Assembly: GCA_963720265.1 (NCBI GenBank)
Contig: CAVRET010000001.1
Location: 69,916 to 133,915, forward strand
From: an uncultured bacterium
Lineage (GTDB): Bacteria > Patescibacteriota > Saccharimonadia > UBA4664
Direction of reading: 5' to 3'
DNA length: 64,000 nt
Shown here: positions 57,497 to 64,000 of the stretch, piece by piece
Position numbering within the stretch: position 1 is the stretch's first letter
Layout: every line of letters begins with the position of its first letter
The notes under the pieces: model-generated
Told to the model about the DNA's origin: nothing
The model's input: the letters and a program-made list of their open reading frames with translations, nothing else
Databases searched by the model: none
Program-made: the position numbers and the translations under genes

Positions 57497-58216
57497 CTAG
57501 AAGGGAAATGTCCCCCTGGCTTGGGCCAGCGGACGAATTATCTCGCCGGCCCTGGCTGTGAGCGCTGCCGGATGGCAGGCCACGGTTACACCGGGGGTTT
57601 CGCTGAGCTCCGCGAGGGCCTCGGTGTTGTCGGAGGTGATGATCATTGGTCCGCCGTAGCCCCAGCCCACGAGTGTGTGAGTAAAGGCGGCCATGTTGTC
57701 CTCCGCGTAAGCGATGACTAGGTCGTATGTTTCCGGCCCATCGGCGTCCAGCTCGGCCCGTGCGATTGCGAGGTCTGGTACGAGCTTGAAAACGACGATC
57801 GAGTTGCCGTACGAGTACAGCAGCCCACCCAGAGTGCTCGAATCGAGTTCGCCGGTGGCTACCAGTACATGGACCAGCCCCGTTGACAGCCGGATCCGTA
57901 GAGCCCACGTGAGCATCTCGGAAAGCTCGGCTTCCGGGCTCCGCAGACTCGCGCCGAGCACTGCTCCGAGCGTGAAAGTTCGGTTGCCGTACGGGGTTCG
58001 TTCGACCGGAGTCGGCAGCAATATGCCTTTTGCCAGCAGCTCGTCGATGAGGGCCTCAAACGTGTGGCACTGGAAATCCGTTCCCCCACCCTCGATCGCT
58101 GCGCTGTAGTGGCCCGGGTCATAACTTACCGCAACGCGGGGATTCATAGCCCGCCTCCTCTGCCTGTCGGTTGGAGCTTGCCGCATAATTGTGAGTATTT
58201 TGTGCTTTTTTGTCAA
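57497..58216 (-). CDS. Hypothetical protein, C-terminus resembling a degenerate receiver fold; start uncertain
   Basis: HVLVA..., A...L....YDLVIA, GPMIITS pattern; followed by a strong hairpin. Confidence 0.5.
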   Translation of the reverse strand: MTKKHKILTIMRQAPTDRQRRRAMNPRVAVSYDPGHYSAAIEGGGTDFQCHTFEALIDELLAKGILLPTPVERTPYGNRTFTLGAVLGASLRSPEAELSEMLTWALRIRLSTGLVHVLVATGELDSSTLGGLLYSYGNSIVVFKLVPDLAIARAELDADGPETYDLVIAYAEDNMAAFTHTLVGWGYGGPMIITSDNTEALAELSETPGVTVACHPAALTARAGEIIRPLAQARGTFPF

Positions 58217-58341
58217 TAATTGGACAGATCAAAGCTTTTGTGCTATATTACGAACAATTGTTGATCGTGAATCCCGCGGCTCTTGGTAGAAACTGACTCG
58301 CACGATTTGCGAAACAGTTTCAACTAAATAAGGAGCCTTTT

Positions 58342-59622
58342 TTGTATCCACAAAGTTCACTTTCAGGGCGCGGCCGACGAGGTGGCCGGCCGATGTTTTC
58401 GTCGCGCAACCGGCGTACACCCAAAGTCACAACAATTGATCCGGAGCGATTTGTTAATAAGGCGGTTGAGCCGACCGAGGATGCGGCGGTGTTTGTGCCA
58501 GCCCATCATTTTCGTGATTTTGGCTTTGACAAGCGCCTGCAGTTTAATATTGACGCTCACGGCTATGAGCTGCCGACTCCGATTCAGGATGGCGCCATAG
58601 AGCCCGTGTTGGGCGGCCGTGACCTGATTGGCCTGGCCAATACCGGGACAGGCAAGACCGCTGCGTTTTTGCTTCCTACTGTTCAGCGCATGCTTGAGGG
58701 CAAGGCCAAGCGTTGTCTCATCCTAATCCCAACGCGCGAACTAGCGATCCAGATTGAGGAAGAATTTAGGCTGTTTACGAAAGGCCTGAGCATGTATGCG
58801 GCACTGGTGGTGGGTGGTGCTTCAATAAATCGGCAACTGGAATTACTGAGACGGCGGCCGCAATTTATTATTGCCACACCCGGTCGACTCAAAGATTTGC
58901 TTGAGAATTATGGCCAGCGGCTTGAAGATTTCGATGTGCTCGTGCTGGACGAGGCTGACCGCATGCTTGACATGGGCTTTATTCGCGATATCCGGGCGAT
59001 TTTGAGCCATGTGCAAGACGAGCGGCAGACGTTGTTTCTTTCGGCCACGATTACGCCTGATATCGAGCAGTTGATCACCACGATTTTGAAGGATCCGGTG
59101 AAAGTGAGTGTTCGTACGCGTGAGACCAGTGAGCTGGTGGACCAAGACGTGGTGCGAATTGAGGGTGGGCGTGAGGCCAAAGAAGAAAAGTTAGCCGAAC
59201 TGCTGAGCGATCCGGAATTTACCAAAGTGTTGGTGTTTGGCGAGACCAAATGGGGTGTCCAGCGTTTGGCCGATAAGATGATCAGGCGCGGCTTTAAGGT
59301 GGCAGCTATTCACGGCAACAAGAGCCAGCCGCAGCGGCAGCGGGCACTGGCCGATTTTAAGGCTGAAAAAGTGCAGGCGTTGATTGCGACCGATGTAGCA
59401 GCGCGGGGGCTCGATATCTCTGGTGTGAGCCACGTGATTAACTACGACCCGCCTAAGCAATATGAAGACTACGTGCACCGTATTGGCCGTACGGGACGGG
59501 CCGGAGCGACCGGCAAAGCGCTGACGTTCGTATTAGTAGGGCCGGCTAGCTTTAGCGTGCCGAGCGGGCGACCGGCCGGCGGTGGGCAGCGTAGTGGCAA
59601 CGGTGGTCGCGGCCGGCGTTAG
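58342..59622 (+). CDS. DEAD-box RNA helicase (RhlE/CshA-like)
   Basis: Q motif PTPIQ, ANTGTGKT, PTRELA, DEAD, SAT, ARGLD, HRIGRTGRAG. Confidence 0.96.
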   Translation: MYPQSSLSGRGRRGGRPMFSSRNRRTPKVTTIDPERFVNKAVEPTEDAAVFVPAHHFRDFGFDKRLQFNIDAHGYELPTPIQDGAIEPVLGGRDLIGLANTGTGKTAAFLLPTVQRMLEGKAKRCLILIPTRELAIQIEEEFRLFTKGLSMYAALVVGGASINRQLELLRRRPQFIIATPGRLKDLLENYGQRLEDFDVLVLDEADRMLDMGFIRDIRAILSHVQDERQTLFLSATITPDIEQLITTILKDPVKVSVRTRETSELVDQDVVRIEGGREAKEEKLAELLSDPEFTKVLVFGETKWGVQRLADKMIRRGFKVAAIHGNKSQPQRQRALADFKAEKVQALIATDVAARGLDISGVSHVINYDPPKQYEDYVHRIGRTGRAGATGKALTFVLVGPASFSVPSGRPAGGGQRSGNGGRGRR

Positions 59623-59648
59623 GTGGCTTCGTTTTTTTAATCGGCGGA

Positions 59649-60074
59649 CTACAGGTGGGCCGGCTGCAACCATCTCACAATGGCGCCGGCGACAATGCCC
59701 AGTACAATGAGCGCGATGAGAGCCGGCCAATCGATGAAGCTGCCGGTGGCTGCGCTGTACACACCAAAGAGGATCTGAAACGGCCTGACCATCCAGTTGG
59801 TTAGCGCATTAACGATCGAGCTGAGAAGACTTTGGTTGTAACCCCCAAACAAGTTAATAATGAACCGCAACCCGAGCAGTATACCAAGAATGCTGGCAGC
59901 CAGGCGGACGATGCGCTCCGCCAGCGAGGGCTGTTCGATGGCACCAAGGGGCGTACCGCTGCGGTAGGTTTGGGTGGGCGCGGTTGGGACCAGAGTTTCG
60001 TAGAACTCATCTGTCTCCGTTTCGTCAATGTCGGAGCCGGGCGCAAAGCGTCGTTGAGCATCAGGATTTTTCAT
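59649..60074 (-). CDS. YGGT-family membrane protein
   Basis: LLGLRF...G....LT..MV.PF...F....IDW.ALIA. Confidence 0.75.
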   Translation of the reverse strand: MKNPDAQRRFAPGSDIDETETDEFYETLVPTAPTQTYRSGTPLGAIEQPSLAERIVRLAASILGILLGLRFIINLFGGYNQSLLSSIVNALTNWMVRPFQILFGVYSAATGSFIDWPALIALIVLGIVAGAIVRWLQPAHL

Positions 60075-60156
60075 GCGTGACCTCACAGGTTATGTGCAAG
60101 CATCATCTGGCTGAGCTTAGTGATATCGCAATGTGAGAAATGACAAAAATGCTAGG

Positions 60157-62580
60157 TTAGCCGCGGGGGTCATTTGGTGGCGGCGGAGGCGGTGCGGCTA
60201 AGGGCGCAGCAGGCTCGGGCGGCGGCACAAGATTTGAGCCGTCTAAGGTAATAACATCGCCGGGGTGGGCGGCGCCGCGTAAAATCATGTCAGCGACCGT
60301 GTCTTCGACGCGGCGCTGAACCATGCGCCGCATCGGCCGGGCACCGAGGCGCGGGTCATAGCCGACAGCGACGAGCTCGGCCGCGGCTGTGTCGGTGATG
60401 CGAACCGAGATCTTTTGCGGTTCGAGTGTGCGATTCACCTCTGCTACCATGAGCTGTACGACTTGGCCGAGTTCGGCTTGATTGAGTGGGCGGAAGAGCA
60501 CGATTTCGTCGAAGCGGTTTAAGAGTTCGGGTTTGAAGATGCCGGAGTCGATGAGCCCGTTGGTAAACTCTTCTTCGAAGTCCTCGAGTTTTTGGCCGGC
60601 TTCAATGCGTTCGCGGATAACGTCCGCGCCGGCGTTTGAGGTGGCGATGATGATCGTGTCTTTGAATGAGGCTGGGTGGCCGTCGGTGTCGGTCAGACTA
60701 CCTTCATCAAGGAGCTGTAGAAACAAATTTAAGATGTTGGGATGGGCTTTTTCGATTTCGTCGAATAGCACAACACTAAACGGAGTCCCGCGAACTTGTG
60801 ACAGTAAACCTGCGGAGTCGACTTCGGCCGGAGCTAGTATGCGGTCAACGTCCGGCACTTGCTGGTACTCGCTCATATCGAGCCGGATCATACTGGTTTC
60901 GGCGCCAAAATAGGTGGCGGCGAGGCTGCGGGCAAGCTCGGTTTTGCCAACACCGGTGGGTCCTAAGAACAGGAACGAGCCGATTGGCCGCTTGGGGTTG
61001 GACACGCCTGCGCGGGCCCGGCGCAATGCGGCTGATACCACGCTGACGGCTCTGGTTTGGTTAATCATTCGTTGATGAATTCGCTCTTCAAGATGGAGCA
61101 GGGCGTCGGACTCACTGGCTGTGGCGGTTTGGGTCTTCACGCCAAACTGGCTTTCAATGGCCTGCTCAATCGAGCGCTCACTCACGAATTGACTGTCTGG
61201 ATAGTTAAATCCGGCCTCGAGCAGCTTGAGCGCACGGCCCGGGTAGGCCTCATCCTGAAAATAGCGGCCGGATAGTCGGTAGGCCTCTTGCACTGCTCTC
61301 CAGGTGGTGATGAGCCGGCCGCCTTCGAGCTCGAGACCGTGGTCGGCGGTGAGGCGCAAGGTCGTGACCTCATCGGCTTCAGTTAACACGAGCGGGGTGA
61401 GCAAGCTCGACATGGCCGGGTTCGTGGCGCGGAGCCGCTGCCAGTCGCCAGGTGTTACCGCCAGTACGAGTTTGAGGCTGTGGGCTTGGAGAATTGGAAG
61501 CAATATTTGGCTGAGGTTAACAGCGCCGGTGCCGGAGCCGAAAAACAGCTGGGCTTCATCGAGCGCGATGACTATATTGCCGGCTCGGACGGCTTCGTTA
61601 AAAAGGCCTAGAACAATGCTTTCGATTTCGCCCTGGGCTTGGGCGTTGGCTAGAATTACCGAGGCGTTGAGGGCAATGATCTGGTGATGTGCAAGTGAGC
61701 CGTGCTCACCGGCGAGTAAGTGATCGGCTAGGGCGGTGAGCAGCGCGGTTTTGCCAATACCCGGCTCTCCGACCAAGACAACGCTGCCGGTGCCGGATTC
61801 GAGGCCGGTGGCCAGGGTATCGAGGCCAACGGTGCGTTCCGGCAGTTGGTAGCGGCTGTATTCAACCTGCTGGCTCAAGTTGGTGCCAAAGCGGGCCAGC
61901 AGTGGCGTGAAACCAGATGCCCAGTCCCTAGCGATGCCACCGTAAAACGGACGGTGGTATCGGTTGCGTTCGCGCAGGCGGGCAACCCAAAGCGCGCCCT
62001 CGATTAGGTCGGCGGTAGTGAGTTTGGCAGTGGTGAGCTGGTTTTGTAACGCAGGACTGAGGTTTACGAGTGCGCAAATAATGAGCGCTGGTGTGAGTAG
62101 TGGTTGTTTCAATTCGGTCGCAAGCTGAGCGGTTTCACCAAACAATGCACTGTGGTCGAGCGGCTGCCCGGCCAGAGCCGCGGCGACGGCGGCGGGATCG
62201 AGACCGAATCGGCTGACCAAAAAACCAGCGTCTGGGGTGGCGGCAAGTATGGCCCACAGCTGTTCGGCATTCAAATCCGCCCGATAGCCGACAGCGACGT
62301 GCGACGGTAGTAGTTGATCGAGCCGGGTTGTGCTGCCAAGCGGTGCGGGTGGCAGGTACAGGAGGTCGCGGCTCAGCCAGGTGCCAAGGACAGCCAGGAT
62401 TACTCCTACGCCGCACAGGCTTAGGCCTGCGTGTAGGCCGAGCAGTGTAAGTGCGAGTCCCAATATTATTCCAAGTACGCCGAGCATGCCAAACAGGCTG
62501 CCCAGGTTTGGATTAAGGCGGGCGCCGATGTGGATTTTGGTTAAGCGTTCGGCGTGAGGATCGAAGCTAAATTGATTCAC
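60157..62580 (-). CDS. ClpA/ClpB-family double AAA+ ATPase with N-terminal TM helices
   Basis: GEPGIGKT/LDE, RPIGSFLFLGPTGVGKTE, RLDMSEY, FDEIEKAH, PELLNRFD, GARPMRR; GTG start overlaps the upstream TGA. Confidence 0.9.
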   Translation of the reverse strand: MNQFSFDPHAERLTKIHIGARLNPNLGSLFGMLGVLGIILGLALTLLGLHAGLSLCGVGVILAVLGTWLSRDLLYLPPAPLGSTTRLDQLLPSHVAVGYRADLNAEQLWAILAATPDAGFLVSRFGLDPAAVAAALAGQPLDHSALFGETAQLATELKQPLLTPALIICALVNLSPALQNQLTTAKLTTADLIEGALWVARLRERNRYHRPFYGGIARDWASGFTPLLARFGTNLSQQVEYSRYQLPERTVGLDTLATGLESGTGSVVLVGEPGIGKTALLTALADHLLAGEHGSLAHHQIIALNASVILANAQAQGEIESIVLGLFNEAVRAGNIVIALDEAQLFFGSGTGAVNLSQILLPILQAHSLKLVLAVTPGDWQRLRATNPAMSSLLTPLVLTEADEVTTLRLTADHGLELEGGRLITTWRAVQEAYRLSGRYFQDEAYPGRALKLLEAGFNYPDSQFVSERSIEQAIESQFGVKTQTATASESDALLHLEERIHQRMINQTRAVSVVSAALRRARAGVSNPKRPIGSFLFLGPTGVGKTELARSLAATYFGAETSMIRLDMSEYQQVPDVDRILAPAEVDSAGLLSQVRGTPFSVVLFDEIEKAHPNILNLFLQLLDEGSLTDTDGHPASFKDTIIIATSNAGADVIRERIEAGQKLEDFEEEFTNGLIDSGIFKPELLNRFDEIVLFRPLNQAELGQVVQLMVAEVNRTLEPQKISVRITDTAAAELVAVGYDPRLGARPMRRMVQRRVEDTVADMILRGAAHPGDVITLDGSNLVPPPEPAAPLAAPPPPPPNDPRG

Positions 62581-62936
62581 AATAGCCCCGCTACGATTAA
62601 GGCCGGCCCGAGGAGCGGGAGAAGCGGCCATGTAATGAGAACAATGCCACCAAACGCGGTGTATATGCATAGCAGCAGAAAGCCCACGATCAGTGTGACT
62701 AATCGCATCATAAAGCCAACAAGTCGTGACACGGCGTTATCGCCAAGGGCACGCACGCGTTCATCAAGACTGCCACCCGGCGGCGTTACGATGCGGCGCC
62801 AGGGCGCGAACAATGTTTGCAGCAAAATCGGGATCGAAAAGGTCTGATAGGTAGAACGCAAGCGGCTTTCGAGACGACCGGCAGTATCGCGCCAGCCCGG
62901 CCCATACCACCACTGGATAAACGCCACCACAAGCAT
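62577..62936 (-). CDS. Small membrane protein coupled to the Clp ATPase
   Basis: WWYG.GW, FS...L..TLFAPWRRI, SRLVGF..R; TACAAT-6-ATG leaderless start. Confidence 0.75.
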   Translation of the reverse strand: MLVVAFIQWWYGPGWRDTAGRLESRLRSTYQTFSIPILLQTLFAPWRRIVTPPGGSLDERVRALGDNAVSRLVGFMMRLVTLIVGFLLLCIYTAFGGIVLITWPLLPLLGPALIVAGLL

Positions 62937-63030
62937 AAGAATATTGTAGCAGGATTGTGGGCAGGTCGGGAGATAGATAAAAAGCAACAGTCCCGATCGG
63001 GACTGTGCCTAATCGGGAGCAATGGGGGTT

Positions 63031-63510
63031 CTAGCGTGGCTCAAGGAACCGGCCGTTTGGTCCGGCCCAGAGCTGGAACGTCAAGTGATCAGGCGGCACA
63101 CCTTGCCAGTCACGCACGAGTTCGGGCATGCGCTCGAGCCAGTTGTAGCCCACTATTACGGGCTCGCCGACGTCCGGTTGTCGCATTATTCCAGGCCAGC
63201 CGCCGCCCATCCTGACCGTAATCCAGAAGTGGAGCCAATTCCTAAACCCGAGGAGCTCGAGGGTGAGCTCAGTGCGGGTTTGGGTGTGAACTGAACCAAA
63301 GGGGCTCGTAATGACTTTCGGCCGCGCGAGCCGCTGCCTGTAGCGTATGGCCATAGTCGGATGGCCGATCACAAGGAGCTGGTACCACGGAGACAACTGT
63401 TCGCCAAGCCGGATGACATGGACCGCATGTGCCTGCGGCGAGGATATGAGCCCATAGGCCAGGGGTGAGAGACGCCGCAAGGCATTGGTATCCCACGCGA
63501 ATACGTTCAC
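63031..63510 (-). CDS. Hypothetical Trp-rich protein
   Basis: GTG after GGAAGGGAG SD; hairpin at about 62990-63018 downstream. Confidence 0.45.
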   Translation of the reverse strand: MNVFAWDTNALRRLSPLAYGLISSPQAHAVHVIRLGEQLSPWYQLLVIGHPTMAIRYRQRLARPKVITSPFGSVHTQTRTELTLELLGFRNWLHFWITVRMGGGWPGIMRQPDVGEPVIVGYNWLERMPELVRDWQGVPPDHLTFQLWAGPNGRFLEPR

Positions 63511-63605
63511 CGTCGCTCCCTTCCGGTTGTGTGAGCTGTCAGCATGTTGACCGGTTATTTGTATCCCATTTCCCCTCGTTTGTCGACGGGTGTGGCATAA
63601 AAGTA

Positions 63606-63634
63606 TTGACAATTATTAGCAAAAGGGGTATACT
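63606..63634 (+). promoter_or_regulatory. Sigma70-type promoter
   Basis: TTGACA-17 nt-TATACT. Confidence 0.8.
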
Positions 63635-63653
63635 GCTTCTCGTCCGCTGGAAC

Positions 63654-63677
63654 GGCCTTGGAAACGAGGTCTTTTTT
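63654..63677 (+). terminator. Leader terminator-like hairpin
   Basis: GGCCTTG-GAAA-CGAGGTC followed by T6. Confidence 0.6.
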
Positions 63678-63730
63678 AGTAGGCGAATCGTAACTGAAAG
63701 GTATAAGAGTCCCGAGTTTTCGTGGCCCCT

Positions 63731-64000
63731 ATGCGTAACATTACAAAGCTGGGAGTGCTGCTTGCACTCTTTGCTACTCAGGTCAATGTGCCAAGCCTCG
63801 GCTTTGGCAATTCGGCCGCCGCGGACACGAGTACTACTACTCAGACCGTGAGTGTCTACGAGGTGAAATTGAATACCGGCAGCAGCACGCCCGTGCAGCT
63901 GGTGGCTGGGCCTACAGGCGACTACAACACGCAAGTGTTGGCCCCGCTTGAGTCCGACCAAGCTGCTGAGGCGGCCGCCAAAGCCAAAGCGGCTGCAATT
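63731..64000 (+). CDS. Secreted protein, N-terminal part (runs off the window)
   Basis: MRNITKLGVLLALFATQ signal-like N-terminus, Ala/Lys-rich stretch, no stop before 64000. Confidence 0.7.
   Translation, partial: MRNITKLGVLLALFATQVNVPSLGFGNSAAADTSTTTQTVSVYEVKLNTGSSTPVQLVAGPTGDYNTQVLAPLESDQAAEAAAKAKAAAI

Noticed and set aside
63635-63730. c-di-AMP (ydaO) riboswitch
   Set aside because: Only scattered short resemblances; the leader is too short and lacks the conserved GGGGACC / GGGUGAAU / CAGCUAAC elements

Overview
A 64 kb chromosomal segment of a GC-rich bacterium. The gene content points to Patescibacteria/CPR, most likely Saccharibacteria (inference). The supporting genes are class I LysRS, alpha2-type GlyRS, a minimal dcw cluster (mraZ-rsmH-ftsL-ftsI-mraY-ftsW-murG-ftsQ), a VirD4/TraD-like ATPase, a sigma4/HARE-HTH protein and a membrane-anchored Clp ATPase. 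Most of the window is housekeeping: greA, serS, hpf, secA, galU, yvcK, recO, xseAB, rpmA, pyrG, ctpA, ftsEX plus a CHAP hydrolase, prfB, PBP1a, topA and a DEAD-box helicase. No rRNA, tRNA, CRISPR array, integrase or transposase was recognised. Small orphan cassettes sit between conserved genes, and most are closed by a long GC-rich hairpin. The most striking cassette (29.0-31.9 kb) is a five-gene array of BldC/MerR-type HTH proteins. It contains one near-canonical actinobacterial BldC, three proteins each made of three fused BldC-like domains, and one chimeric single-domain copy. Because Saccharibacteria live on Actinobacteria, this may be a host-derived and possibly host-targeting transcription-factor system. 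Other notable items are two receiver-less RHH-like+OmpR wHTH proteins (one split at a G6 run), a multi-stem structured RNA between mraZ and rsmH, a 24-aa sORF inside the dcw operon, probable ACG and ATT start codons, pervasive leaderless promoters and a Tgs1-like methyltransferase. All calls come from visual motif recognition; no database searches were run.
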